A stretch of 64,000 nt of DNA from Candidatus Latescibacterota bacterium (GCA_963422735.1 OY730476.1:4096001-4160000), one strand, 5' to 3'. Counted from the stretch's first letter, positions 40,013 to 50,502 are shown. A program made the numbers and translations. The notes: a model not told the origin generated them from the letters alone.

Positions 40013-41593
40013 TTGAAAGTATTGATCAGCGACAAGATGGACCCCCGCTGCGTCGAGATCCTCGAAGCCAATGACGGGATCTCGGTTGACGTGTGCAGCG
40101 GGTTGTCGCCGAGCGCACTTATAGACTGCATCGGCGACTACGAGGGACTAGTCGTGCGCAGCGCGACCAAAGTGACGGGCGAGGTGCTTGCCGCCGCGCC
40201 GCGCCTGCGGGTCATTGGCCGCGCTGGCACGGGCTTCGACAACATCGACGTAGAGGCGGCAACCCGCCGCGGCGTCATCGTCATGAACACCCCGGGCGGC
40301 AATTCCCTATCGACCGCCGAGCACACCTTCGCGCTCATGGCCTCTCTTGCGCGGCACATCCCGCAGGCGACGGCCTCGCTTAAAAAGGGACTGTGGGAAC
40401 GGAGCCAATTCGTCGGCGTCGAGTTGGCTGGCAAGACCCTCGCCGTGGTCGGCTTGGGCCGAGTGGGGAGGGAGGTGGCCGCGCGCGCGGCGGCCTTTCA
40501 GATGAAAGTCCTCGGCTGCGATCCCTATATCGGCCAAGAGGTTGCCCTTTCCTGCGGCGCGCATCTTGCGTCCCTCGACGAACTCTACGCTACCGCGGAT
40601 TTTATCACCGTCCACACCCATCTCAGCGACCAGACCCGGCACCTGATTTCCGACGCCGAGATCGCTCGGTGCAAAGACGGAGTTTATCTAATCAACTGCG
40701 CTCGCGGCGGCATCATTGACGAAGCCGCACTCCTGCGCGGCTTGGCCTCGGGCAAGGTCGCTGGTGCCGCCTTAGACGTCTTCGAGGAGGAGCCGCCGAC
40801 TCTCGTGGACCTCTTGGTTGACGACCGCGTGATCTGCACACCGCACTTGGCGGCTTCCACAAAGGAAGCCCAAGCCAATGTCGCCTTGCAGGTGGCCGAG
40901 CAGGTCGGCGACGTGATGATGGGCCGCGTCATTCGCAACGCGGTCAATGCCCCTTCGCTCGATCCCGAAATCCACGGCAAGCTACAGCCCTACCTCTTGT
41001 TAGCCGAGCGGCTGGGGCGCCTGCAAGCCCAACTCGGCGAGGGACAGCTAGAGCGCATCACCATCGAATACCAAGGCGATGTCACTGCCTACCCGACCTC
41101 GCCGCTGACCTCGGCCGTACTCAAGGGCATTATGGAAACCGTCTCGGACGCGGCAGTCAATGTGGTCAACGCGCTGCTTTTCGCGCAGGAGCGCGGCGTG
41201 CAAGTCGATGAGCGGCTCAGCAGCGAGCACGAGGATTACGCGAGCCTCATCACCGTGGTGTATCACACGAACAAGGGGCAGCGCCTGCTCGCAGGCACAC
41301 TCTTCGGCAAGAGCGACCCGCGCCTCGTGCGCCTCGACGAGTACAGCTTCGATGCCGTCCCAGAGGGGCACATGCTCTTTTACGTCAACGACGATGTCCC
41401 GGGCATCATCGGCCAAATCGGCACGGTCATGGGGAGCCACGAGGTCAATATCGCCCAAATGTCGTGCGGGCGTCGCCAAATGGGCGGCCAAGCCCTGACC
41501 ATCCTCAACGTCGATGACCCGATCACCACCGACGTAGTTGACGATATTCTCTCTCGGGAGTACATCTCCTGGGCCAAACAAGTCAGTCTTTAA
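40013..41593 (+). CDS. serA: D-3-phosphoglycerate dehydrogenase (with ASB and ACT domains)
   Basis: VRSATKV, GRAGTGFDNID, GLGRVG, NCARGG, TPHLAAST, C-terminal ACT domain. Confidence 0.96.
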   Translation: MKVLISDKMDPRCVEILEANDGISVDVCSGLSPSALIDCIGDYEGLVVRSATKVTGEVLAAAPRLRVIGRAGTGFDNIDVEAATRRGVIVMNTPGGNSLSTAEHTFALMASLARHIPQATASLKKGLWERSQFVGVELAGKTLAVVGLGRVGREVAARAAAFQMKVLGCDPYIGQEVALSCGAHLASLDELYATADFITVHTHLSDQTRHLISDAEIARCKDGVYLINCARGGIIDEAALLRGLASGKVAGAALDVFEEEPPTLVDLLVDDRVICTPHLAASTKEAQANVALQVAEQVGDVMMGRVIRNAVNAPSLDPEIHGKLQPYLLLAERLGRLQAQLGEGQLERITIEYQGDVTAYPTSPLTSAVLKGIMETVSDAAVNVVNALLFAQERGVQVDERLSSEHEDYASLITVVYHTNKGQRLLAGTLFGKSDPRLVRLDEYSFDAVPEGHMLFYVNDDVPGIIGQIGTVMGSHEVNIAQMSCGRRQMGGQALTILNVDDPITTDVVDDILSREYISWAKQVSL

Positions 41594-41608
41594 GCACGGG
41601 AGTACGCG

Positions 41609-42889
41609 ATGCCAGCGAAAATAGTATTAGGAGCGCAGTGGGGCGACGAAGGCAAGGCCAAGGTCGTCGATTACCTCACGCTCTCAGCCGATGTGGTGGT
41701 GCGCTATCAGGGCGGGGCCAACGCTGGCCACACGGTCGTCACCGGCGGCACCGAGTTCGTCTTCCACACCATCCCCTCGGGGATCATGCACGAAGGTAAA
41801 ATCTGCGTGGTGGGCAACGGAGTGGTCGTCGATCCAGCCACCATGCTCAATGAGATCTCCGAGCTGGAGGCCAAGGGCTTTTCAGTGGCCGGCCGCTTCT
41901 TCGTCAGCCAAATTGCCCACGTCGTAATGCCCTACCACAAGGTCTTGGAAAAGGCCGGAGAAGAGAGCGAAAACGGCGTCGCCATCGGCACGACCGGCCG
42001 CGGCATTGGCCCAGCTTACCGCGACAAAGTCGAGCGCAGCCACGGGGTGCGTGTCATGGATCTGCGCGACCCGGCGCGTTTGCGCGACAAGCTCCGGGCC
42101 AGCATTCGCGCCAAAAACGAAATCCTGACCAAGGTCTTAGGTCAAGAGCCGCTGGAGGCCAGTCCCATCATCGACGCGTACATTAGCTACGGCGAGCGGC
42201 TCGCCCCATACGTTGCCGACACCTCGGGCCTGCTCAACCAAGCCCTCGACCAAGGCAAAACCGTCCTCTGCGAAGGGGCGCAAGGGACCTTGCTCGACAT
42301 CGACCACGGGACCTATCCCTACGTCACGTCCTCGAACACCACTGCGGGTGGGGCCTGCACGGGCACGGGCATCGGACCTACGCGGATCGCCGAGGTCGTC
42401 GGCGTGGCCAAAGCGTACACCACGCGGGTGGGCAACGGGCCTTTTCCCACCGAGTTGCTAGGGGAAGAAGGCGAGCGTTTGCGCGGCTTGGGCCGCGAAT
42501 TCGGAGCCACCACCGGTAGGCCGCGGCGCTGTGGCTGGTTCGACGCCACCATCTTGCGGGTCTCGGCGCGCATCAACGGTCTAACCAGCATCGCCCTGAC
42601 TCGGCTCGACGTACTCGATTCATGCGACCGCCTCAAGGTGGGCATTGGCTACCGCTGCGGCGACCAAGTGCTGGAGGAGTTCCCCGCCGACCCGCAGGTA
42701 CTCGAACAATGCGAGCCAATCTACGAAGAGGTCGAAGGCTGGCGTACTCCAACCACCCACGCGCGCCGCTTCGACGACCTACCGCTGCAAGCGCAGGCTT
42801 ACGTGAAGCGGGTCGCCGAGCTGAGCCGAGCGCCGGTCTCCCTGATTTCCGTAGGGCCAGAGCGCGAAGCCACCATCCCTCTCGCCTGA
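41609..42889 (+). CDS. purA: Adenylosuccinate synthase
   Basis: QWGDEGKAK, GGANAGHT, GTTGRGIGP, EGAQG, GATTGRPRRCGW. Confidence 0.97.
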   Translation: MPAKIVLGAQWGDEGKAKVVDYLTLSADVVVRYQGGANAGHTVVTGGTEFVFHTIPSGIMHEGKICVVGNGVVVDPATMLNEISELEAKGFSVAGRFFVSQIAHVVMPYHKVLEKAGEESENGVAIGTTGRGIGPAYRDKVERSHGVRVMDLRDPARLRDKLRASIRAKNEILTKVLGQEPLEASPIIDAYISYGERLAPYVADTSGLLNQALDQGKTVLCEGAQGTLLDIDHGTYPYVTSSNTTAGGACTGTGIGPTRIAEVVGVAKAYTTRVGNGPFPTELLGEEGERLRGLGREFGATTGRPRRCGWFDATILRVSARINGLTSIALTRLDVLDSCDRLKVGIGYRCGDQVLEEFPADPQVLEQCEPIYEEVEGWRTPTTHARRFDDLPLQAQAYVKRVAELSRAPVSLISVGPEREATIPLA

Positions 42890-42892
42890 TCC

Positions 42893-43804
42893 ATGCTACT
42901 CAACCCTGCACCCGCCGAGTCCAAGCCGCACGCCTTGCGCCGCCTGATGGCCGAGAAGACCCTGACCTTGCCCGGGGCCTTCAACGCACCCGTGGCCATG
43001 CTGGCCGAGCGCACCGGGTTCGAGGCCGTGTACATTTCCGGGGCCGGGCTAGCCAACGGCACGGCCGGCTACCCGGACGTCGGCCTGTTGGGCATGGACG
43101 AAATGGCGCGCCAAGCCGGCTACATTGCCGGCGCAGTCCAAGTGCCCTGCATTTGCGATGCGGACACCGGGTTTGGCGAGATCTGGCAGGTGATGCGCAC
43201 GGTGCGCACGTACGAGCGCGAGGGCTTGGCCGGATTGCACTTAGAGGACCAAGTCATGCCCAAGCGCTGCGGCCATCTCGACGGCAAGGCCCTGATCGGG
43301 GCGGACGAAATGGCGCGCAAGATCGCCGCCGCCTGCGCGGCGCGGCAAGATTCGGACTTTGTGATCATCGCCCGCTGCGACGCCCGCGCTGTCGAGGGCT
43401 TTGCACAGAGCGTCGAGCGCGGCCAACGCTACTTGGAAGCCGGCGCGGACGCAGTCTTTCCCGAAGCCATGCAGAGTGCCGAGGAATTCGCCCGCTACGC
43501 CGAGCAAGTCAAAGGCCCGCTCCTCGCCAACATGACCGAATTCGGCAAATCGCCGCACCTGTCGGTCGCGGAGTTTGCCGCCATGGGATACCGCCTCGTG
43601 ATTTTTCCGATGAGCGCGTTCCGCGCGATGATGAAGTCGGTCGCAGCCCTCTTTTGCGAACTGAAGGAAAAGGGCACCCTCAAAGACGCCCTCGGACAGA
43701 TGCAGACACGAGCGGAACTCTACGAATTACTCGGCTACGACCAGTACACCAAACTAGACGCAGCGTTGGCTGCCCGCTTTCCATCAAACGGAGAGAACCG
43801 ATGA
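42893..43804 (+). CDS. prpB: 2-methylisocitrate lyase
   Basis: DADTGFG, EDQVMPKRCGH, LANMTEFGKSP. Confidence 0.93.
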   Translation: MLLNPAPAESKPHALRRLMAEKTLTLPGAFNAPVAMLAERTGFEAVYISGAGLANGTAGYPDVGLLGMDEMARQAGYIAGAVQVPCICDADTGFGEIWQVMRTVRTYEREGLAGLHLEDQVMPKRCGHLDGKALIGADEMARKIAAACAARQDSDFVIIARCDARAVEGFAQSVERGQRYLEAGADAVFPEAMQSAEEFARYAEQVKGPLLANMTEFGKSPHLSVAEFAAMGYRLVIFPMSAFRAMMKSVAALFCELKEKGTLKDALGQMQTRAELYELLGYDQYTKLDAALAARFPSNGENR

Positions 43805-44002
43805 ATTATCAGCTAACGGCTTTTATTGGACGCGAGGGCAGCGGCTACGTCTCTCTGTGTCCTGAATTAGATGTAGCCAGCGGGGGAAAGACCATTGAAG
43901 AGGCGCGGTGTAATTTACAATATGCCGTGGAGTTGTTTTTAGAATGTGCGTCGCCTGCACAACGAGATGTACGTCACGCAGCTTGAGGTAGCTACTGGCT
44001 AA
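43801..44002 (+). pseudogene. hicB: HicB-family antitoxin, frameshifted by an internal deletion
   Basis: YVSLCPELDVASGGKTIEEARCNL..AVELFLE; the typical tail LHNEMYVTQLEVATG* continues in another frame after about 43955. Confidence 0.8.
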
Positions 44003-44212
44003 AGTGCGGCCTCTTTCTGGCAGGGCCGTATGTATCATCCTCGCCAAGCACGGTTTTGCAGAAATCGCAGACGAGGTAGTCATATAATCATGCAGCGCAA
44101 ACTCAAAACTGGCACGATTACAGTACCCGTACCGGATCACAAGGAATTGCACATAGGTACGCTGAGTTAGATAATTCGCCAGTCTGGTGTGCCGCGATCT
44201 GCCTTTGAATAG
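43995..44212 (+). pseudogene. hicA: HicA-family toxin pseudogene
   Basis: LSGRAVC.IL..HGF; frameshift near 44065; RRGSHIIMQ...TVPVPDHKEL.IGTL; in-frame TAG at 44168-44170; then IIRQSG. Confidence 0.85.
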
Positions 44213-44304
44213 CGGACACCGCTCCGATGCAATCTTGCTGCTTGAGCATCTATGCAGCGTTCAAATCAACCAACGACCAACACTTCCATAGAGAGATATA
44301 CACA

Positions 44305-45435
44305 ATGACCGACAAATCCTACAGCCCCGGCCTCGAAGGCGTGATCGCCGGCGAGTCCGCCCTTTCTCGCATCGACCTGGATCTCAATCGCCTGATTCTG
44401 CGCGGCTACGACCTCGTGGAGCTAACCGAGAACGCCCGCTACGAAGAGGTCGCTTATCTGCTGCTTTACGGCGAGTTGCCGACAGTTGGCGAGTTGGCCG
44501 CGTTCAACCAACAACTGCGCTCGCAGCGCGATCTGCCCGGCCCGGTGATCGAACTGCTGTGCGCTGCTCCGGTGGACGCCCATCCCATGGACCTCTTGCG
44601 TACTGCGGTATCGGCGCTGGCGTTTTTCGACCCGGAAACCCGCGACAATTCCCATCGGGCCAACGTGCGCAAAGCCGTGCGCCTCTTGGCCAAAATTCCC
44701 ACCGCGCTCGCCACCGGTCACCGCTTCGCGCAGGGCCTAGAGCCGGTAGCCCCCGACGCCGAGCTAGACCAAGCGGCCAATCTGCTTTACATGCTGCGCG
44801 GCGAAAAGCCACCCGAATACGAAGTAGAGGCCATGAACATCTCGCTGATCCTCTACGCCGAGCACGGGTACAACGCCTCGGCGTTTACCGCCCGGGTCGT
44901 AGCCTCGACACTCGCCGACCTGTACGCTGCCGTGACCGCGGCCATCGGTGCCCTGCACGGCCCCTTGCACGGCGGTGCCAACGAGGCGGCCATGCAGATG
45001 CTCTTGGAGGTAGATTCGCCCGCGGCGGCCGAGCAGTGGGTCCTCGACGCGCTGGCGCAAAAGAAGAAGATCATGGGCTTTGGACATCGGGAATACAAAA
45101 GCGGCGACTCGCGGGTACCGACGATGAAGAAGGTTGGCCGCCAGGTCGCCGCGGCCGTCGGCGACACCAAGTGGCCGGACCTAGCCGATGTGGTCGAAGC
45201 GACGATGATGCGCGAAAAAGGCATCTTCCCCAACGTCGATTTTCCCTGTGCGTACACCTACTACATCATGGGCATCCCGATCCCGCTCTACACCCCCATC
45301 TTCGTGGCCAGCCGCGTGGTGGGCTGGGCGGCGCACGTGATCGAACAGCACGACGCCAATCGGCTCATCCGCCCCAACCACATCTACACCGGGCCGGAGC
45401 ACCGTGCGTTTGTCGCACTCGGCGAGCGGGGCTGA
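44305..45435 (+). CDS. prpC: 2-methylcitrate synthase / citrate synthase
   Basis: GLEGVIAG, YAEHGYNASAF, GPLHGGANE, MGFGHREY, PNVDF; next to prpB. Confidence 0.88.
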   Translation: MTDKSYSPGLEGVIAGESALSRIDLDLNRLILRGYDLVELTENARYEEVAYLLLYGELPTVGELAAFNQQLRSQRDLPGPVIELLCAAPVDAHPMDLLRTAVSALAFFDPETRDNSHRANVRKAVRLLAKIPTALATGHRFAQGLEPVAPDAELDQAANLLYMLRGEKPPEYEVEAMNISLILYAEHGYNASAFTARVVASTLADLYAAVTAAIGALHGPLHGGANEAAMQMLLEVDSPAAAEQWVLDALAQKKKIMGFGHREYKSGDSRVPTMKKVGRQVAAAVGDTKWPDLADVVEATMMREKGIFPNVDFPCAYTYYIMGIPIPLYTPIFVASRVVGWAAHVIEQHDANRLIRPNHIYTGPEHRAFVALGERG

Positions 45436-45460
45436 CCTACAACCTGAGCTTAGCCGAAGG

Positions 45461-45997
45461 TCAGCCGCGCACTCTTAGCAACCAAGACCGCATATAGAGC
45501 AAGAAATGCTGCACTGCATCGCTCTGGTAGTCGGGATACGTCCATTCCAGAGGCTGGTAGCATCCCCGCTGATAGAGCAGGGTCACCTCGGCGTAGAGCT
45601 GCGGGGCAATGCACACCCGGTGGCCAGCGCACTTGGTCGTGGCCAACACCAAGCTCTCGATCGAAAGCAATCCCGGGTCGATGTTGGCGCGGCGGCGCAA
45701 TGTCCCTCCTGTTGCTCTTCCCAGTGCTTTTTCTAGTTCGATCGTCTGGCGCTTGCAGGCCGCCAGCTCGGCGGGGTCGAGCCGCTGGGCAAAGCACACA
45801 AGCTGTTTGCACAGCCCCGCGCCCATTTCCGCTTCGTAGTACGAGGTGAAATCAAAATCATAGGTCTCACTGGCCGCGTGCGGGAGACCGAAGCATTCGA
45901 CGAGGCCGATTTTGGCGTCGGTGAACGTATCAGCGGAATCGGCTAATATCGCGCAGACTAATGCGACGGGCGTGGAGGGTTGGAGATCAATGGGCAT
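45461..45997 (-). CDS. DUF4416 family protein
   Basis: FDFTSYYEAEMG, RRANIDPG, VLATTK, WTYPDY. Confidence 0.85.
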   Translation of the reverse strand: MPIDLQPSTPVALVCAILADSADTFTDAKIGLVECFGLPHAASETYDFDFTSYYEAEMGAGLCKQLVCFAQRLDPAELAACKRQTIELEKALGRATGGTLRRRANIDPGLLSIESLVLATTKCAGHRVCIAPQLYAEVTLLYQRGCYQPLEWTYPDYQSDAVQHFLLYMRSWLLRVRG

Positions 45998-46099
45998 CTT
46001 GTAACAGAAGGCAGGGAACCTAACTGCGTCAATTCCTGCGATGGGATTGGTTTGCTATTTTATCGCCGCGGCTCCCACCTTCATTCAGGAAAAATTACT

Positions 46100-47158
46100 A
46101 TGCGCCTAGCAGACCTCGATACGCCCGCCCTCCTCGTCGATCTCAACGGCTTGGAGGACAACCTCGACCGCTACCAACGCTACTTTGACGAGCACGGCAT
46201 TGGCTTGCGGCCCCACATCAAGACCCACAAGTGCGTGGCCATCGCCCATCGGCAAATGCGTCGTGGGGCCATGGGCATCACCTGCCAGAAGCTCGGCGAG
46301 GCCGAGGTCATGGCAGCGGGCGGAGTAGATCGCGACATCCTGATTCCCTACAACATCATCGGCGCACAAAAACTGGCGCGGCTGGTCGCACTGGCGCGAC
46401 AAACCCGGCTGACTGTGGCGGCCGATTCCGAATACACCGTGCAGGGGCTGGCTGCGGCCTCCGCAGAAGCAGATGTCGCCTTGGGAGTGGTCGTCGAACT
46501 CGATCGCGGGCGCACGGGCGTAGGCTCGCCCGCTGCGGCGGCGACGCTAGGCGAAAAAATCGACCAAGCCCCCAACATCGAACTCCGGGGCATCATGTCC
46601 ATGCCAGCGAATCCAGATATGCGACCGATCATCCAAGAGACGCTCGCACATTTCGACCGCAAGGGCCTGCCGCATCCCATCGTCAGCGGCGGCAGCACAC
46701 CGGGCGCATTTATGGCGCACGAGATCCCCGAGCTGACCGAGTACCGGGCCGGCGAGTACCCAGTCGGCGGCGTCGGCCATCTCCGTCGGGGAACCCACAG
46801 TGTCGGTCAGTGCGCTGGCCGGGTGCTGATGACCGTGGTCAGCCGGCCGGCCGCAGACCGCGCCATCCTCGACGGGGGCAGCAAGTCGCTCAGCGCAGCG
46901 GTCTATCGCGAGGAGGACGGCTCGTCCATCATGGGGCACATTGTCGAGTACCCCCAAGCCATTTTCTGCGGGGCCTCGGAGGAACACGGGCAGGTCGATC
47001 TATCAGCCTGCGACGACAAGCCCCAAATAGGCGAACAGGTGCAGGTCTTGCCAGTTCATCCCTGTCCCTGTTTCAACGAACACGACCAAATGTTTGCCGT
47101 GCGCGGCGGCCGAGTGGAAGCTGTTTGGCCGGTTGACGCCCGCGGGCAAATACGCTGA
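46100..47158 (+). CDS. DSD1/D-threonine aldolase-like PLP-dependent enzyme (alanine racemase fold)
   Basis: LDTPALLVD, RPHIKTHK, CQKLGEAE, GGSTP, SEEHG, PVHPC. Confidence 0.9.
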   Translation: MRLADLDTPALLVDLNGLEDNLDRYQRYFDEHGIGLRPHIKTHKCVAIAHRQMRRGAMGITCQKLGEAEVMAAGGVDRDILIPYNIIGAQKLARLVALARQTRLTVAADSEYTVQGLAAASAEADVALGVVVELDRGRTGVGSPAAAATLGEKIDQAPNIELRGIMSMPANPDMRPIIQETLAHFDRKGLPHPIVSGGSTPGAFMAHEIPELTEYRAGEYPVGGVGHLRRGTHSVGQCAGRVLMTVVSRPAADRAILDGGSKSLSAAVYREEDGSSIMGHIVEYPQAIFCGASEEHGQVDLSACDDKPQIGEQVQVLPVHPCPCFNEHDQMFAVRGGRVEAVWPVDARGQIR

Positions 47159-47199
47159 GAGGCAACGCTTTTCTCGCCACCCGAAGGGAGGTGTATTTC

Positions 47200-47901
47200 A
47201 TGAACTTTGACGAATTGAGCGAAAAACTGAAGGCAGTTAGCACAGCGACCCTGACGTCTGTGCTCCGCAACAAGGGACTGCACAACACGTTTATGCACCA
47301 AGTTTCGCCCCTTGCGCCCGACATGCAAATGGTCGGCCGGGCCTTTACCCTGCGTTATATTCCCGCGCGTGAAGACCTCGACGAGGTCGCACTGGACAAC
47401 CTGAAAGACGTGCAGCGAATCGGCATTGAGCAGGTGACCGCCGGCGAGGTATTCGTTATTGATGCACGCGGCGACACCCGCGCCGGGACTATGGGATCCA
47501 TCTTAGCGGCGCGGCTGCAAGTGCGCGGCTGCACGGGGATCGTCACCGATGGGGCCTACCGCGACTCGCCGACCATCGCCGCGTCGGGATTGCCCGCTTA
47601 CTCGGCGGCCATGAACGCCCACACCAACAAGACCATCCACCACCCCAGCGAAATCCAAGTGCCCATCGCCTGCGGCGGCGTGGCGGTCTTTCCCGGCGAC
47701 ATCCTCGTCGGCGATGGAGAAGGCGTCGTGGTCATACCCGTGCATCTGGCCGAAGAGGTCGCTGTCGAGGCCGAGGAGATGGAGAAAAAGGAGCGCTTCA
47801 TCACCGAGAAAATCCGCGCCGGGGCGAGTATCGTCGGCACCTATCCCCCGGACGAGCAAACCTTGGCCGAGTACCAAACCTGGAAAACAAACCAACCGTA
47901 G
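47200..47901 (+). CDS. RraA-like / HMG aldolase family protein
   Basis: GRAFTLRYIPARED, VTDGAYRD, CGGVAVFPGDILVGDGEGVVVIP. Confidence 0.9.
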   Translation: MNFDELSEKLKAVSTATLTSVLRNKGLHNTFMHQVSPLAPDMQMVGRAFTLRYIPAREDLDEVALDNLKDVQRIGIEQVTAGEVFVIDARGDTRAGTMGSILAARLQVRGCTGIVTDGAYRDSPTIAASGLPAYSAAMNAHTNKTIHHPSEIQVPIACGGVAVFPGDILVGDGEGVVVIPVHLAEEVAVEAEEMEKKERFITEKIRAGASIVGTYPPDEQTLAEYQTWKTNQP

Positions 47902-47923
47902 AGGCACTCCTTGTGGGTGCCCT
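47898..47923. repeat. GTAG-type REP-like palindrome
   Basis: gtag-aggcactc-cttgt-gggtgccc hairpin between convergent genes, overlapping a stop codon. Confidence 0.5.
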
Positions 47924-47994
47924 TCGCATGTTTTCCATGGACCGCGTTCTGCTGCGGTGCGGAGACGGCTGAGGCACTTGCCCTTGTGTCCGCC

Positions 47995-49335
47995 TCAGCC
48001 CAGACGGCGGCGCAAGCGGTGCGCGAGATCGGCGACCATAGCGGGAGCGGAGGCGGCGATGTTGTGCAGCTCGTCGGGGTCCTGCTCAAGGTCGTAGAGT
48101 TCGTCGCAGTCGTTGTAATTCTGGATGTATTTGTGGGTAGCAGTGCGAATGCAGCGGAAGTTGTGCAAGGCGGCGACGGTCCCTTGGCGGTGGGTGTCGG
48201 TCTGGCCGTCGAGGACCGGTTGCAGCGACCGGGCGTCAATGTCTTGCTGCGGCGCGAGCTGGGCGAAATCGCTTATTGTGGCATTGAGGTCAATGAGTTC
48301 GCACAGCGCGTCACAGACGCGGCTCCCGGCGATATTCGGCCCGGCGATGATCAGCGGTACGCGCAGGCTAGCCTCGTAGGCGGCGCTCTTAGTGTACAGC
48401 CCGTGGTCGCCGAGCAGTTCGCCGTGGTCGGAGGCAAAGATGATATAGGTGTTGTCGAGTTGGTCGCGTTTTTCGAGCGCATCGAGGATCTGGCCGATCT
48501 GGTCGTCGATGAGTTCGATGGCAGCGCAGTATTGGCGGCGGGTTTGGGTGATTTGGTCGGGGGTGAAGCCTACAGCGCGTTTTTTGATCCACTCGGGTTT
48601 GCCAGCGAGGGAGTCGCTGATGGCCGGGGGCATCGCCGCGTCGCGGTAGCGATCGCCATATACGGTGGGCGGATCAAAGGGATCGTGCGGGCCGACGAAG
48701 CTGACGAAGTAGTGCCAAGGGAAGTCGTCGGACACATTGGCGATCCACTCGGCGGCGCGACGACCGATATAGGCGTCCTCAAAGTCCGCGCTGGCCAGTG
48801 GCGAGTCGCGACAGTCGGTAATCCAACTGGTGGCGGCGCGTCGCTGATAGTCCTGGTGAAATGTCGCCAATTGCCCTTTGGCGGCTAGGTAGTGCGTATA
48901 GGGGCCAATCGGCGTGGGCGAGGAGCCGGCGTGCATTTTGCCCTCGCATTCCTCTGGATGGGTGAAGCCCCAGCTATAGGCGTAGGGCCGGTCGCCGCCG
49001 CGGCCATTATAGCCGTCGGATTTGCGCAGGTCGAGCTTGCCGACGCAGCCAACGCGGTAGCCGGCGTCGCGCAACCGCTGATAGTAGGTGGTGGTGCCCA
49101 AGGGCAGCCGCCCCGAATTGTCCAGACAGCCTAGGCGGCTCGGTTGCAGGCCGGAGGCCAAGCCGATCCGCGCCGGCGCACATACGGGTGCGTTGGTAGT
49201 GCATTGGGTGAAGCGTACGCCAGCGGCGGCAAGGCGATCTAGGTGGGGCGTGTGTAGAAAGTCGGCACCGGCAGCACCGAGATAGTCGTGGCGGTGCTGA
49301 TCATCCATGATGAAGAGTATGTTGGGACGGGGCAT
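47995..49335 (-). CDS. Cys-type sulfatase (choline-sulfatase-like)
   Basis: PNILFIMDDQHR, CAPAR formylglycine motif, GPHDP, SDHGE.LGDHG, ELYDLEQDP. Confidence 0.93.
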   Translation of the reverse strand: MPRPNILFIMDDQHRHDYLGAAGADFLHTPHLDRLAAAGVRFTQCTTNAPVCAPARIGLASGLQPSRLGCLDNSGRLPLGTTTYYQRLRDAGYRVGCVGKLDLRKSDGYNGRGGDRPYAYSWGFTHPEECEGKMHAGSSPTPIGPYTHYLAAKGQLATFHQDYQRRAATSWITDCRDSPLASADFEDAYIGRRAAEWIANVSDDFPWHYFVSFVGPHDPFDPPTVYGDRYRDAAMPPAISDSLAGKPEWIKKRAVGFTPDQITQTRRQYCAAIELIDDQIGQILDALEKRDQLDNTYIIFASDHGELLGDHGLYTKSAAYEASLRVPLIIAGPNIAGSRVCDALCELIDLNATISDFAQLAPQQDIDARSLQPVLDGQTDTHRQGTVAALHNFRCIRTATHKYIQNYNDCDELYDLEQDPDELHNIAASAPAMVADLAHRLRRRLG

Positions 49336-49486
49336 TGGAGGGTTCCTTGGCGTTTTAGGTAGCTTGAATGAGCGCGGGACGTGCAATATGTTGGTCCAAT
49401 CTACCCAGTCGCCAGTCTCGCTTCAAGCAGGCAGCTATGCATATTGCAGCATCCGCCCGCTTTGAGCGGCTAGTAGCCGTAGCACC

Positions 49487-50135
49487 ATGAATCCAGAAGT
49501 ATTCATCGCCAAGTGGCGTACCGCCAAACTCAAGGAACGCTCGGTCGCTCAGGAGCACTTCATTGACCTGTGCCGGGAGATATGGCGAGAGGATGGCTCT
49601 ATCTGCCCGCGAATCCAAACGGACATTCCAACGCCGACGTTCTGAAACCCTAGTTCAACGGTATGGATGTGACCCGTCGGCCTGCTGGCAAATGGATTGT
49701 CGATTTTGGACATGAGGCAAGCGAAGCTGACGCCGCACTTTACGAGACACCGTTCGCGCATATCCTCAAACACGTGAAGCCTACAAGAAACGGGAACAAG
49801 CGCAAGAACTTGCGGGACTCTTGGTGGAGACACGACCGGTCAGGACAGAGCATGTTCGAGAATATAGGCGCGTTGTCCTGCTACATGGCCACACCGCGCG
49901 TTGCCAAGCACAGACTGTTCGCGTGGCTTGACGACTGCCAACTGATCGTTATCGCCCGCGACGATGACACGACCTCCTGCACAACCGCTTTCCGAAGCGT
50001 GGTCCCTGCGGCTCGGAAGAGGCATACACCCCGACCACTACCTTCGAGACATTCCCGTTCCCGAAAGGGCTTTCGCCCAACATTCCCGCCGCTGATTATG
50101 CAGACGATCTCCGCGCCATCGCCGAAGCAGCGCGG
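49487..50135 (+). pseudogene. MmeI-like (type IIL) DNA methyltransferase remnant; N- and C-terminal parts joined by a large deletion
   Basis: MNPEVFIAKW..KLKERSVAQEHFIDLCR joined to W..LPANPNG.SNADVLKP*FNGMDVTRRP..KWIVDFG...TPRVAKHRLF...YTPTTTFETFPFP; stops and frameshifts. Confidence 0.8.
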
Positions 50136-50141
50136 AGACTC

Positions 50142-50400
50142 ATGTGCGTCCAAATAAGAGATGCAAAGTTCGTCATTGCCGATCTCACTCACGGCAACGA
50201 TGGCGCATATTGGGAGGCCGGTTACGCGGAGGGGCTAGGCAAGCCTGTTGCCTATATCTGCGAAAAGGAAGAATTTAAAAAAAGAGCCACTTTGATACGA
50301 ATTACTGCACGACCGTTTTCTGGTCTAAGTCTAGGGATAATGACGAGGATTTCCGTGAGGAATTGACCGCAACCCTTCGCCGGTCGCTCGATGAATCGTG
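50142..50400 (+). pseudogene. Nucleoside 2-deoxyribosyltransferase/TIR-like domain fragment
   Basis: FVIADLTHGNDGAYWEAGYAEGLGKPV.YIC; N-terminus missing. Confidence 0.7.
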
Positions 50401-50465
50401 ATAGCCGCCAACGGAGCAGTCGGTCCAGCCCAACAGTACTGTTCGACAATATGGAGAAACAACCC

Positions 50466-50502
50466 ATGAGGATTGAGCAGATTGAAATCAAAAACTACCG
50501 TC
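50466..50502 (+). pseudogene. 5' stub of an AAA/ABC-type ATPase
   Basis: ggag RBS then MRIEQIEIKNYR, the typical first strand of SMC/AAA_15/AAA_21 ATPases; similarity ends immediately after. Confidence 0.5.

Noticed and set aside
42622-43800. 454-aa ORF 42622-43986 as a real fusion protein
   Set aside because: It overlaps purA/prpB out of frame; only the last 61 codons (hicB) are meaningful.
47911-48888. 325-aa plus-strand ORF
   Set aside because: Antisense shadow of the sulfatase.
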